Of a stretch of DNA of 45,889 bases, positions 18,583 to 28,766 are shown in pieces. This stretch comes from a bacterium. Its GTDB lineage: Bacteria; Patescibacteriota; Microgenomatia; Levybacterales; UBA12049. Below the pieces are notes generated by a model. That model was not told the DNA's origin, made no database searches, and worked only from the letters and a program-made list of their open reading frames with translations. Every line of letters begins with the position of its first letter. Positions within the stretch are counted from its first letter, which is position 1. A program made the translations under genes and the position numbers. The stretch lies in NCBI GenBank assembly GCA_021791545.1, contig JAJYWL010000011.1, positions 1 to 45,889 on the forward strand, written 5' to 3'.

Positions 18583-19783
18583 ATTTAAATTTTTCTACAA
18601 CTTGTTCTAGTGTCAATGTTTCCTGTTTCCCCGTAGTCATGTCTTTAAGTAAAAATTTATCTTCATTTAAAATTAAGACATAGGGAATTCTTTTTTTATC
18701 CGCATATTTAAGTTGTTTTTCCAAATCCTTTTCATCAAGATAAAGTTCAGTGTTAATTCCTTCTTCTCTTAAAGTATTAACAATAGTTGGAGCGTAGTTA
18801 TTTGTATTAGTTACTAAGATTTTTGTCGAAGGTAACTCAGAGGGGAAGAGCTTAAATTCTTCCATTGCCTCCATTAATCTATCAAAGCCGAAAGCAAAAC
18901 CGACTGCGGGAACATCCTTTCCGGCAAAAATTCCAATCAAATTATCATATCTTCCTCCGCCGGCTACCGATCCAGTGTCATATCCGTCAATTTCTACTTC
19001 AAAAATCATTCCCGTGTAGTAATTCAATCCTCTTGCTAAGGTTGGTAAAAATTCTATAAATTTTTTGTCTACTTTCATTTTCTCCAAAGCTTCTAAAATG
19101 TCGTTGATTCTTTGGGTCGGTTTTTCATTTTCAAGAGTGTCTAAAGTATACGAGGCTTTCTGAGAATCGATTCCGTTTCTAACCAATTCTTCTATGACTT
19201 TTTCTCTTCCTATTTTCTTTAGCTTGTCTATAGCTCTTACAAACATTGGAACCTCTTCGTCGTTTATTCCAAGATTCGGAAGATTTGTAAAAAGCATCCT
19301 ATCATTTATTAATATTTTAAATTTCTTAAATCCTAATTCCTTTAAAGAAGTAATCGCTAAAGATATTATTTCGGCATCTGAAGTAGGGGAGTAACTTCCT
19401 ACTATATCTGCGTCGCATTGTAAGAATTCTCTGTATCTTCCTTTTTGGGTATTTTCCGCTCTCCAAACATTTTGCATTTGGTATCTTTTGAAAGGAAGAG
19501 GTAAATCATTTTGATATTGAGATATTACGCGAGCAAGGGGAACGGTCTGGTCATATCTTAATGCAACTTTTCTTTCTCCCTTATCCTGGAATTTGTACAT
19601 TAGTTGATCGCCTTCGTCTCCGTATTTTCCTGTCAATATTTCTTCATATTCTATTGCAGGAGTTTCTAATGGTTCAAAGCCATATAATTGAAACACCTTT
19701 TTCAAGGTGCTTATTACATAATCTCTTTTTCTGGCTTCAAAAGGTAAAAAATCCCTGAAGCCTTTAAGTGTCTGTACTTGCAT
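18581..19783 (-). CDS. hisS: Histidine--tRNA ligase (start moved to ATG 19783)
   Basis: LRYDQTVP, GRYREFLQCDADIVG, RGLNYYTG, GGGRYD. Confidence 0.96.
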   Translation of the reverse strand: MQVQTLKGFRDFLPFEARKRDYVISTLKKVFQLYGFEPLETPAIEYEEILTGKYGDEGDQLMYKFQDKGERKVALRYDQTVPLARVISQYQNDLPLPFKRYQMQNVWRAENTQKGRYREFLQCDADIVGSYSPTSDAEIISLAITSLKELGFKKFKILINDRMLFTNLPNLGINDEEVPMFVRAIDKLKKIGREKVIEELVRNGIDSQKASYTLDTLENEKPTQRINDILEALEKMKVDKKFIEFLPTLARGLNYYTGMIFEVEIDGYDTGSVAGGGRYDNLIGIFAGKDVPAVGFAFGFDRLMEAMEEFKLFPSELPSTKILVTNTNNYAPTIVNTLREEGINTELYLDEKDLEKQLKYADKKRIPYVLILNEDKFLLKDMTTGKQETLTLEQVVEKFK

Positions 19784-19809
19784 GAGTATATTATATAACA
19801 AAGAGGCTT

Positions 19810-20826
19810 TTATTGCTTCTGGAGACCACTAATAAAATGGTGACCTAATTCTCTTATTATTACTCCTATTATTCCGAGGACCGGGACTGCAAAGATAGAA
19901 CCGATTGGTCCTGCAACTTTGTATCCTATTAAGAAAGAGAGAAGAACAACGATAGGATGGAGTTTGAACGCTCTGCCCATGAGTTTAGGGCCTATGATAT
20001 TGTAAGCAAGTTGCTGCAAGAGAATAAGGATTCCTAAAATTATTACGGCCATTGTAGGATTGGAAGGATTAAATATTAACGTGATAACGGTGGGAGGAAT
20101 AACCGCTAGAACGGGCCCTATTAAAGGAATTACAGTTAATATTCCCGCCACCAGAGCCGTAGATGCAGCAAAGTCTACGTTAAAAATTCTTAGCACAATC
20201 CAAGTTATAAGTCCTGCAACTACTCCAAATATAACTTGAATTCTAAGAAAAGAGGCAAAGGTGTCATCGATAACTTGTTGTATAAACCTCATGTTTTCAT
20301 GCCATTTTTTAGGAGTAAGCTTATACATTTCTTCATTAATTCTTTCTTTATCCACAATAAGGTAGAAGGAAAGTATTAATGCAACGAGAAGGGAAACAAG
20401 AAATGATGCTACGGAAGGAGCATAAGAGAATATATTTATAAGAGATGCGGTGATGGAATCTACCCAGGTCTGGACAAACTTTGGAGCAGTAGCCAGGAAT
20501 ACGGGAAGAATTTTAGAGACCGATTGCAATTGAAAGCTTACCAGAGGAATGAAGAGAAAGATTATTATCGAGAACAAAACTGCAAAGAAAATATAGACTA
20601 AAATCGCTGAATATGTTTTTGAAAGTCTCGTAAATCTGGAAACGAGGTGGACGACCGGCTCGAGCATAAAACTTAGAAGCCAACCAAATACGGCAATCCA
20701 TATAACGTCAGAAAAATTCATTATTGCTTGCCAAATAAATTGGAACAGGTAGATCGATACTGCTACAGTTAGAAGAAGCGCAAGAAGTCTAAAAGAGGTA
20801 AGTTCTTTTTTAAATTCATCTATCAT
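19810..20826 (-). CDS. AI-2E family transporter
   Basis: Multi-TM; IPLIGP, LQQLAYNIIGPKLMG, LHPIVVL. Confidence 0.88.
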   Translation of the reverse strand: MIDEFKKELTSFRLLALLLTVAVSIYLFQFIWQAIMNFSDVIWIAVFGWLLSFMLEPVVHLVSRFTRLSKTYSAILVYIFFAVLFSIIIFLFIPLVSFQLQSVSKILPVFLATAPKFVQTWVDSITASLINIFSYAPSVASFLVSLLVALILSFYLIVDKERINEEMYKLTPKKWHENMRFIQQVIDDTFASFLRIQVIFGVVAGLITWIVLRIFNVDFAASTALVAGILTVIPLIGPVLAVIPPTVITLIFNPSNPTMAVIILGILILLQQLAYNIIGPKLMGRAFKLHPIVVLLSFLIGYKVAGPIGSIFAVPVLGIIGVIIRELGHHFISGLQKQ

Positions 20827-20855
20827 ACTTCCATTATATAATAGTGGAAGTAAAA

Positions 20856-21611
20856 TTACTTGACAATAGGGGTAAGTTTTTTTCCGCTTCCTGTAGAGGG
20901 AACCACGGGTGCTTCAATATTTATTTTTGGATTGAGGGAGATATCAGGAAATACTATTACTCTTCCTGCGGAAATCGTTTTATTATCTTTTTCAAGAAAA
21001 CCGGCTACAATAACATTAAGTCCCGTTGTCAATTTAGAAAATCCTGATTTGGTTAATGTTCCGCTTGAGAAGCTGTATGTTTTTGTTATGTCCTGGATAT
21101 CGACATTTGTATTTTTATTGTTTTCATCTTTAACCGTAAGGGTATAGTTGACTTTATCCATATCGGCTATACCGCCGATTAGAAATTTGGGGAGAGAGGT
21201 TATTTGGTCTACGCTTCTTGCAAGTAATCTTTTTGAATCTTTGTTATAAAGACCTATTACTCCGATAGTTGAACCCTTGGAAATGTCGGATATTCCGTAA
21301 GAATTTGATGACGAAGAATTAAATTTAGTAAGTTCGTCAACGTCTACAAATCTTGTGTTTCCATTTAAATCCGTAAGAGTTATTTGGGTATCCGATATAT
21401 CTGAAACTGTACCTATAATTCCTCTTTTTTCTACCAAATTTAATTGTGCTACTCTTGAAGCGATTTTGTTTTTTAAATCATCAATTTGATTTTGGATGGA
21501 GTCGGTAGGGGAAGGTGCATCTGTTGGTGTTGGGGTTATTGCGGCAAAAGCTTTAGGAAGTGAGATAAGAGAAAAAATTGCTAAAAATAATATAAAAAAA
21601 TATTTTTTCAT
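20856..21611 (-). CDS. Secreted hypothetical protein with a coiled coil and two DUF5666-like beta repeats (start moved to MKKYFF)
   Basis: Signal peptide MKKYFFILFLAIFSL; PTPT linker; repeated beta-rich units. Confidence 0.6.
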   Translation of the reverse strand: MKKYFFILFLAIFSLISLPKAFAAITPTPTDAPSPTDSIQNQIDDLKNKIASRVAQLNLVEKRGIIGTVSDISDTQITLTDLNGNTRFVDVDELTKFNSSSSNSYGISDISKGSTIGVIGLYNKDSKRLLARSVDQITSLPKFLIGGIADMDKVNYTLTVKDENNKNTNVDIQDITKTYSFSSGTLTKSGFSKLTTGLNVIVAGFLEKDNKTISAGRVIVFPDISLNPKINIEAPVVPSTGSGKKLTPIVK

Positions 21612-21612
21612 T

Positions 21613-22038
21613 TTAAAAATCAGCTGTCGTATATGATACTGTTCTCTCGATTCTTTGTGTCTGACCTGTAGGGGAAATTGCAATTACATCCAAGATATTT
21701 TCTCCGCTTGAAATAGTAACGGTCGTTGAGAAGTCACCTTGAGAAGATGGGTTTACTACTTGCTGGTCGCTTCCTGTTAAAACAACAACGGTTGCTGCCG
21801 GGTCGGTTTTGCCCGAAACAGTTACAGTTCTTGAGGAAGCAAGTGATTCATCGGTAGGTTGACTAAGTGTAAGAAAACCTTGTGGAGCAGGAGTTGGAGT
21901 TACTTGCTGTTTAGTAATGGTATCTTTTGTTCCCTGGGGTATTACCTTGGTGCTTTGGTAAAGAAAAAAACCAATGCCCGCAAATACGAGACCTATTAAA
22001 ATTCCCACAAAAGACAAAATAATTCTTTCTTGTTTCAT
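21613..22038 (-). CDS. Membrane-anchored protein with Ig-like domain
   Basis: N-terminal TM, PTP linker, VTVSGKT...GDFSTTVTISSGENIL. Confidence 0.7.
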   Translation of the reverse strand: MKQERIILSFVGILIGLVFAGIGFFLYQSTKVIPQGTKDTITKQQVTPTPAPQGFLTLSQPTDESLASSRTVTVSGKTDPAATVVVLTGSDQQVVNPSSQGDFSTTVTISSGENILDVIAISPTGQTQRIERTVSYTTADF

Positions 22039-22113
22039 TAGTTGGGCGAAATGATGATACGAAAAATAATTTATCTTGTCAAGGAAATAAAGATATGATA
22101 GTATTTGACAACA

Positions 22114-22635
22114 ATGGATGTGTTACTTCTTTCAAAAAATGCCATAAAAATCAGGAGCAAAAAAGCTTCATTAATAATTGATCCTGACAAGACAATGCCA
22201 AAAACTCCGGCAGACTGCGTAATACTCATGGACAAGGAAAGCGATGTCTCTAAAGTTTCGGATCAAAGGCTTTTAGTGTCGGGACCCGGTGAGTACGAAG
22301 TAGGAGGACTTAAAATAACGGGTATTTCTTTTGGGGGAAAAACTGCTTATGACTTAAGTGATGAAAATGTTTCTGATCTATTCTTAGCAAGAGCATCAGC
22401 TGTTGAAAATGTTAGTGAAAAAGTAAGAGACTACTCCGTAGCGGTAATAAATGCAGATGCCGCATTAAATCCCACACTTATCACGGCTTTAGAACCAAGA
22501 CTTTTAATTTTATACGGAGAGAAGGCAAGAGAAGGAGCAAAACTTTTGGGAAAAGACGAGTTTACAGTTTCCAATAAGTTTTCATTTACAGAAGATAAGT
22601 TAATGGAAGAAATGCAGGTTGTGGTATTGGAATAA
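22114..22635 (+). CDS. Degenerate metallo-beta-lactamase-fold protein
   Basis: SLIIDP and VSGPGEYEVGGLKITG resemble the MBL-fold family seen in CPR genomes; no HxHxDH. Confidence 0.6.
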   Translation: MDVLLLSKNAIKIRSKKASLIIDPDKTMPKTPADCVILMDKESDVSKVSDQRLLVSGPGEYEVGGLKITGISFGGKTAYDLSDENVSDLFLARASAVENVSEKVRDYSVAVINADAALNPTLITALEPRLLILYGEKAREGAKLLGKDEFTVSNKFSFTEDKLMEEMQVVVLE

Positions 22636-22664
22636 TTGAGGGCAGGAACCTCTTATAGTCGAAT

Positions 22665-24026
22665 ATGGCAAATTTAAAAACCCCTCCACACAATGACGAG
22701 GCCGAACAAAGCGTCTTAGGCGCTATTTTAATAGATAAGGACGCAATTGGAACAGTCTCGGAGATCATCTCTAAAGATGATTTTTATAGTGATTTAAACG
22801 GAATAATCTACGAAGCAATGCTTTCTTTATATGAAGAAAGAAAGCCTATTGATATTCTCACTCTTACTTCAAGATTAAAAAAGAATAAGACAGACGATAA
22901 AGTTGACTCATCTTATTTAAGTGATCTTTTAAATGCAGTTCCTACAGCAGCAAACGTTGAAGAATACGCGAATATAATTAAGGAAGCGGCGACAAAAAGG
23001 AATCTTATCTCCATAGGAACCAATATTGCCGAGAATGCATTTAAGGAAGATAAGGAAGTTCCCGAGCTTTTAGACAAAGCAGAGAGTTCAATCTTTGCAA
23101 TTTCTCAGGGGCATAAGATTAAAGGTTTTCAGCCTATCAAGAATAGACTTGCCGAAAGTTTTGACAGAATTGACGAACTTCATAAAAAGGGAGCAGGGTA
23201 TAGAGGAGTACAGACGGGCTTTAATGATTTGGATAATATTCTTTCAGGTATGCAGCCTTCAAATCTTCTAATCCTTGCAGCAAGACCAGGAACAGGAAAA
23301 ACAGCAATGATTATAAATATGGCTCAACACATTTCGATTCATGAGAAAAAAGGAGTTGGTATTTTTTCTTTGGAAATGAGCCAGGAAGAGCTGGTTGATA
23401 GACTTTTGGTGGGAACAGCAGACGTAGACGCCTGGAGACTAAAAACGGGTAAATTAGCAGAACCTGATTTTGCAAAACTTTCTCAGGCAATGGGAGAACT
23501 GGCCGAAGCTCCTATATATATCGATGATACTCCGGGAATTTCAATTTCGGAAATGAGGACAAAGGCAAGAAGACTTCAGATGGAGCATGGAATTTCTCTT
23601 CTGGTCGTAGATTATTTACAGCTTGCAAATCCCGGCAAAAGTTATGACAACAGAGTTCAGGAAGTTTCGGTAATTTCACAGGGATTAAAAAACCTTGCAA
23701 GAGAATTAAAAATTCCTGTCCTTGCAGTATCTCAACTTTCAAGAGCAGTTGAACATAGGGGAGGAGACAGGAAACCGCAATTGGCAGACTTAAGGGAATC
23801 TGGTGCAATTGAGCAAGATGCCGACGTTGTAATGTTTTTATACAGACAAGATGCTGATTTGGTTTCAAATGTTATACCAACAAAACTTTCGATAGCCAAA
23901 CACAGAAACGGTCCAATGGGAGAAGTAGATTTGTTATTTAGAGGAGACAGAATTAGGTTCTACAATGTTGAAAAACAAAGAGCGGGAGAAAGTTCACCTC
24001 CACCTCCTACGCAAGCTTCAATATAA
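22665..24026 (+). CDS. dnaB: Replicative DNA helicase
   Basis: AARPGTGKT, VDYLQL, SQLSR, DLRESGAIEQDAD, AKHRNGP; no intein. Confidence 0.97.
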   Translation: MANLKTPPHNDEAEQSVLGAILIDKDAIGTVSEIISKDDFYSDLNGIIYEAMLSLYEERKPIDILTLTSRLKKNKTDDKVDSSYLSDLLNAVPTAANVEEYANIIKEAATKRNLISIGTNIAENAFKEDKEVPELLDKAESSIFAISQGHKIKGFQPIKNRLAESFDRIDELHKKGAGYRGVQTGFNDLDNILSGMQPSNLLILAARPGTGKTAMIINMAQHISIHEKKGVGIFSLEMSQEELVDRLLVGTADVDAWRLKTGKLAEPDFAKLSQAMGELAEAPIYIDDTPGISISEMRTKARRLQMEHGISLLVVDYLQLANPGKSYDNRVQEVSVISQGLKNLARELKIPVLAVSQLSRAVEHRGGDRKPQLADLRESGAIEQDADVVMFLYRQDADLVSNVIPTKLSIAKHRNGPMGEVDLLFRGDRIRFYNVEKQRAGESSPPPPTQASI

Positions 24027-24096
24027 GTATTGCCTTCCTCAAGGATTTTTGATTACAATGGTAGTATAGTTTTTGTAAAAGAGGAGGTGATAAATA

Positions 24097-24417
24097 ATGG
24101 ATGATCAAAATCAGCAACCAGTAGTAAACCCGGGACAACCAGTTTCTCCAACGGAACCAGTTGTTCCACAACCGGAACCAGTAGCTCCACAAATGCCAAC
24201 AGAGGAACCACAAGTACCAGAAGTTCCTCCAATGCAGGAGCCAGTAGTTCCACAACCGGAACCAACACCTACACCTGAAGTCCCTCCAATGCCAGAGCCT
24301 CAGGCACCAGTTTCTGAACCGACACCAGCACCGGAACAACCAGTTGTTCCACCAGCAGGACCGGTACAAGAACCAGCGCCTGAACAACCAGCACAGGGAA
24401 CAGGTACGGTTATGTAG
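24097..24417 (+). CDS. Pro/Glu/Val/Gln-rich low-complexity protein
   Basis: AGGAGGTGA Shine-Dalgarno upstream; repeated EPVVPQPEP and PEVPPM; terminator downstream. Confidence 0.75.
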   Translation: MDDQNQQPVVNPGQPVSPTEPVVPQPEPVAPQMPTEEPQVPEVPPMQEPVVPQPEPTPTPEVPPMPEPQAPVSEPTPAPEQPVVPPAGPVQEPAPEQPAQGTGTVM

Positions 24418-24435
24418 TCCTTGGATTAGACAGGA

Positions 24436-24486
24436 AATTAAACTAGTCCTTAAGTTAAAAACTTTTGGATTAGTTTAATTTTTTTT
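24436..24486 (+). terminator. Intrinsic terminator
   Basis: AATTAAACTAGTCC / GGATTAGTTTAATT stem followed by a T run. Confidence 0.7.
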
Positions 24487-24524
24487 AATCTACTTTGAAC
24501 TTACTTATTAGGAGAATTAAAGGG

Positions 24525-25157
24525 TTAATTGCTTGTGGTGGCAGAATTTGTGGCGTTTTGAGTAGAACTTTTATAAATAAAATTCCTCGTTAAATCTGTC
24601 TCTTTTTGAACAACCGTACTTTGTACTCTTAAATCAAATTTAACATTACCATTGGGAAGATTATAGATGCATGGGTTGTTACTGTTAAAGTCGGACCATT
24701 GTCCTCCGTTAATCCTATATGACCAAACAACAGAACAAAAATTAGAATCAGAATAATTTATAGTGATGCAAACGGGATTATCCGAAATAGTTTGCCCTTC
24801 GGTAGGAGAGGTAATAGAAACAGGTCCCACATCTTTTTTGCAGGATGGAGCAGGAGTTATGGTTTGTGAATTATCGGTTGTAGGGGTAACAACAATTACC
24901 TTAGTCTCCGGAGTTTGATTTTGCTGAACCATGGGAGTTGGGGTTGGAGTTATTTTTTTAGATTTTTCCATGTTATTTATATTGTTGTAATTAAGGAAAA
25001 TAACAGAAAGAAGAACAGGAATTGTTAATAAGCCGGTTATCAAATCGAGATGTGGCTTGCCTTTGTGAAGCTTGTCCAGATAAACCGCGAATTTATGTAA
25101 TTTTAGTTGAATTTTTCTCTTCATAAGAAACGGAAGTAGTTTGCGGAACACATCCAT
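24525..25157 (-). CDS. Membrane-anchored protein with PT linker and Cys-containing Ig-like domain
   Basis: TM LLTIPVLLSVIFL; VSITSPTEG, WSYRINGGQWS, NLPNG; 4 Cys. Confidence 0.65.
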   Translation of the reverse strand: MDVFRKLLPFLMKRKIQLKLHKFAVYLDKLHKGKPHLDLITGLLTIPVLLSVIFLNYNNINNMEKSKKITPTPTPMVQQNQTPETKVIVVTPTTDNSQTITPAPSCKKDVGPVSITSPTEGQTISDNPVCITINYSDSNFCSVVWSYRINGGQWSDFNSNNPCIYNLPNGNVKFDLRVQSTVVQKETDLTRNFIYKSSTQNATNSATTSN

Positions 25158-25229
25158 TTAGATTATATATTATCAAAGGTTTTTGGGCAAGAACATCAAG
25201 CCTTAATTTTGGTATAATACTAAGGCTAA

Positions 25230-25312
25230 GGGCAAGTGGCGGAATGGTATACGCGGTAGTCTCAAAAACTACTGGTCGCAAGGCCATGAGGGTTCGACTC
25301 CCTCTTTGCCCA
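25230..25312 (+). tRNA. tRNA-Leu(CAA), CCA end not encoded
   Basis: GGGCAAG/TTTGCCC acceptor stem, anticodon arm GTAGT-CTCAAAA-ACTAC, long variable arm, GGTTCGACTCC T-arm. Confidence 0.95.
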
Positions 25313-25316
25313 CATG

Positions 25317-25351
25317 AAAAGATTTTTGGGATTTCCAAAAGTCTTTTTTTT
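25317..25351 (+). terminator. Intrinsic terminator after the tRNA
   Basis: AAAAGATTTTTGG / CCAAAAGTCTTTT hairpin followed by a T tract. Confidence 0.7.
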
Positions 25352-25409
25352 ATTGGAAGCTTCGGAATATGGGTTTATTTTAGCTTCTTTAAATGTTAAA
25401 ATAGTCACT

Positions 25410-26918
25410 ATGCAATTTGAATATACAAATAATTCTCTGGGTAAAATTTCTTCGGATGCTTTACTTTTTTTCGCCTTTTCTGATGGTAAAAAATATCTTC
25501 CTCTTGGTGAATTTAAATCGATAGACGAAATATTGGATGGGGAACTATCAAAAGTTTGTAATCTTGAAAGATTTAAGGGAGATAAAGGCGAACTTATAAC
25601 GGTAATTCCTGCTAAGGAAACACTTTTTAAAAGAGTCGTTATAGTAGGATTGGGAAAAGAAGATGAATTTATTCTTGATTTCCTAAGGAAAGCAGCCGGA
25701 CACTTTGCAAAGTTTAATAAACATAAGATTGATTCGGTGTCGTTAAAACTTCCAGGTGAACTTGAGAAAGATAATTCCTTAGAGCTTATATCTCAAGTAA
25801 TAGCTGAAGGTTTTATGTTGGGCTCTTATGAATTTAATAAGTATAAGGAGGCAAGGAAAGAGCAAAGAGACTTTTCTACAGTAATAATTTCTACAAAAGA
25901 TCAGGATTCGAAAGCAATTTCAAAAGGAGTAGAAAAGGCAAAACTTTTCTCCAATGCAACCATCTTGGCGAGAGATTTGGTAAATGAGCAAGCAAGTGTC
26001 GCAACTCCCTCATATCTTGCAGATCTTGCAAAACAAATAGCAAAAGAAAATCCTAAAAAAATTTCTTGTAAGGTTCTTGATAAGGGACAGGCAGAAAAGC
26101 TAGGACTAGAGGCGTTTTTATCCATAGCAAAAGCTTCGGATATCCCTCCCAAATTTATAGTTTTAGAATATAAATCACAAAAGAAAGCAAAAAGAAAAGT
26201 CGGAATAATAGGAAAAGGTATTACTTTTGATAGTGGAGGAATAAATGTAAAACCAGGGGATAGTATGCAGACAATGAAGTGTGATATGTCTGGAGCAGCA
26301 GCAGTTTTGGGAGCATTTTCCGTAATATCGGCTCTAGAACCCGAGTTTGACGTAATAGGAATAATCGCGGCAACTCCAAATCTTATTTCCGGCACTTCTA
26401 CTGTTCCGGGGGATGTTGCAAAAGCCTTAAACGGGAAAACTATAGAGATATTAAACACTGATGCTGAAGGAAGAGTAACAATGGCAGACAGTCTTTCATA
26501 CGCGGTGAAAATGGGTGCTACCGAACTTATTGATCTTGCCACCTTAACAGGTGCGGCAGAGGTTGCTTTGGGAACAGATATTACTGCTCTTTTTTCAAAT
26601 AATGCTAATCTGGCAGATAAGGTAAAGGCGGCAGCTTTTACAGCAGGAGAAAAAGTTTGGGAACTTCCTTTGGAAAAAGAATATAAGGATCTAAATAAGA
26701 GTGAAGTAGCTGATGTAGCAAACATTCCAAATACAAGATACGGTGGAGCAATAACAGCTGCTCTTTTTCTGGAAGAATTTGTAGACACAAAACCATGGGT
26801 TCACCTTGATATTGCCGGTCCTGCATTTATTACAAGCGGAAATGAAATAGGGCCAAAGGGTGGAACGGGTTTTGGAGTAAGAACACTACTAAATTTTTTT
26901 ATAGAAAATAAGATATAA
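25410..26918 (+). CDS. pepA: Leucyl aminopeptidase (M17); start moved to ATG 25410
   Basis: GKGITFDSGG, MKCDMSGAA, NTDAEGR, WVHLDIAG. Confidence 0.95.
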   Translation: MQFEYTNNSLGKISSDALLFFAFSDGKKYLPLGEFKSIDEILDGELSKVCNLERFKGDKGELITVIPAKETLFKRVVIVGLGKEDEFILDFLRKAAGHFAKFNKHKIDSVSLKLPGELEKDNSLELISQVIAEGFMLGSYEFNKYKEARKEQRDFSTVIISTKDQDSKAISKGVEKAKLFSNATILARDLVNEQASVATPSYLADLAKQIAKENPKKISCKVLDKGQAEKLGLEAFLSIAKASDIPPKFIVLEYKSQKKAKRKVGIIGKGITFDSGGINVKPGDSMQTMKCDMSGAAAVLGAFSVISALEPEFDVIGIIAATPNLISGTSTVPGDVAKALNGKTIEILNTDAEGRVTMADSLSYAVKMGATELIDLATLTGAAEVALGTDITALFSNNANLADKVKAAAFTAGEKVWELPLEKEYKDLNKSEVADVANIPNTRYGGAITAALFLEEFVDTKPWVHLDIAGPAFITSGNEIGPKGGTGFGVRTLLNFFIENKI

Positions 26919-26927
26919 TACATAAGT

Positions 26928-27485
26928 ATGATTTCAGTAACTGATTTAAGAGCAGGAACACTTTTCGAAGACCAAGGAAACATTTTCCAGGTTCTTTCCT
27001 ATGAGCATATTAAGATGGGGAGGGGAAGTGCCAATATTAAGGTAAAGGTCAAAAATATAAGGAGTGGCTCAACAACAGATAAATCCTTCATAAACGGAGC
27101 TAGGGTTAATGAAGTTTCAGTATTAAAGAAAGATCTTCAGTATCTCTACAAGGATGACGTAGTAGCTTTCTTTATGAATCCAAAGTCTTTTGAACAGGTA
27201 GAAGTTCCTCTAAAGATAATTCAGAATGAAGAACCATATCTTAAAGACGGAGAAGAATATTCAATAAGTTTCCTTGGAGAAGAACCTCTTTCTATAAATC
27301 TTCCTCCAAAGATGGAATTTGTCGTCGCGGAAGCAGCTCCTGGAGTAAAGGGAAATTCTGCTACTAATATATTTAAGGACGCAATTTTGGAAAACGGAAT
27401 GAAGACTAAAGTGCCTCTTTTTGTTAACACGGGTGACAAAATCCGCGTGGATACAAGAACAGGTGCTTATACCGAAAAAGCATAA
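26928..27485 (+). CDS. efp: Elongation factor P
   Basis: HIKMGRGSA loop, PGVKGNSA, VPLFV...VDTRTGAY. Confidence 0.95.
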   Translation: MISVTDLRAGTLFEDQGNIFQVLSYEHIKMGRGSANIKVKVKNIRSGSTTDKSFINGARVNEVSVLKKDLQYLYKDDVVAFFMNPKSFEQVEVPLKIIQNEEPYLKDGEEYSISFLGEEPLSINLPPKMEFVVAEAAPGVKGNSATNIFKDAILENGMKTKVPLFVNTGDKIRVDTRTGAYTEKA

Positions 27486-27487
27486 TT

Positions 27488-28765
27488 ATGAATAATAGAA
27501 TCCTCCAAGCTTTAAGGATAAGGCAATTTTCCTTTCTCCTAGCTGCTGAGTTTTTCTCTCAGATAGCGATGAACGTCTTCAACTTCGCATTGTTAATAGT
27601 AGTTTTTTCGGTTGCTAATTCAAACACTGCTGTATCTATAGTAGTCCTCATGTTCACACTTCCTTCAATTATTTTCGGAATATTTGCCGGAGTACTTGTA
27701 GATACTTGGAATAAAAGGAATGTTTTACTACTTACTAACATTTTAAGAGCACTTGTAATATTTCCCCTTGCTTTCTTTCATTCCAATCTTTTGCTAATTT
27801 ACCTTGCCACTTTTCTCGTGTCGTTAGTTACTCAGTTTTTCATTCCTGCAGAAACTCCAATTATCCCTAAACTTGTTGATAAAGAACTTCTTCTTCCCGC
27901 AAATGCGTTATTCAGTATGGGTATATATGCTTCCTTATTTATAGCTTATGCTTTATCAGGACCGATCTTAGTAGTTTTTGGTAAGTCAAATATATTCTTA
28001 TTCCTTACATCGTGTTTCTTAATTGCTGCGTTTTTTACTTACCTAATAAAAAAGGAAGTTGCTAAAAAAGAATTAAGCGAGAGAAGGGGAGAGAATACGC
28101 TCCCCGACATAATGAGCGAAGCAAAGACAGCTTTCTCACTTATTTCAAAAACAAAGAATATTTATCATGCTTTGTTTTCTCTTGCTCTTGCGCAGATAAT
28201 AATATTATCTCTTGCTGTTGTAGGACCGGGTTACGCAGAACATGTACTTAATATAAAAGTTGAAGATTTTCCTTTATTTTTTGTAACACCGGCAGTTGTA
28301 GGTATTGCAATTGGGGCAGTAATTATTGGTAATTATTTCCATAAACACTCAAAACCGAACCTTACAAAGTTCGGTTTATTAGTTTCGGGGGTAGCTATAC
28401 TTTTGCTTCCGTTTGGAGACAAAGTAGAATCAAGGAATTTCGTACAAGTAATCAATAATTTTCTACCACATTTTCTTACCATAAATATTCTTCATATAAT
28501 GGTTGTTCTGGCTTTTGTTTTAGGCTTTGCTTCGGCTTTTGTCTTTATCCCTGCAAATACAATTCTTCAAGAGGAGACTTCAGATGAAGTTAGGGGAAAG
28601 ATATATGGAGTTCTTAATTCTTTGGTAGGAGCAGTTTCTCTAATTCCAGTATTAATAGTGGGAGGGCTAGCAGATGTTATTGGCGTAAAGGCAGTTATTA
28701 CCGATGTAGGACTTGTTATAATTATGATTGCATTAATAAGAATACTAATTACAGATAGGGGATAA
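27488..28765 (+). CDS. MFS transporter (DHA3-like)
   Basis: About 12 TM helices; GVLVDTWNKRNVL, QFFIPAE, RGKIYG. Confidence 0.88.
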   Translation: MNNRILQALRIRQFSFLLAAEFFSQIAMNVFNFALLIVVFSVANSNTAVSIVVLMFTLPSIIFGIFAGVLVDTWNKRNVLLLTNILRALVIFPLAFFHSNLLLIYLATFLVSLVTQFFIPAETPIIPKLVDKELLLPANALFSMGIYASLFIAYALSGPILVVFGKSNIFLFLTSCFLIAAFFTYLIKKEVAKKELSERRGENTLPDIMSEAKTAFSLISKTKNIYHALFSLALAQIIILSLAVVGPGYAEHVLNIKVEDFPLFFVTPAVVGIAIGAVIIGNYFHKHSKPNLTKFGLLVSGVAILLLPFGDKVESRNFVQVINNFLPHFLTINILHIMVVLAFVLGFASAFVFIPANTILQEETSDEVRGKIYGVLNSLVGAVSLIPVLIVGGLADVIGVKAVITDVGLVIIMIALIRILITDRG

Positions 28766-28766
28766 T

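Noticed and set aside
25230-25312. tRNA-Leu as an integration site
   Set aside because: No duplicate of its 3' end seen; followed directly by a terminator and core genes
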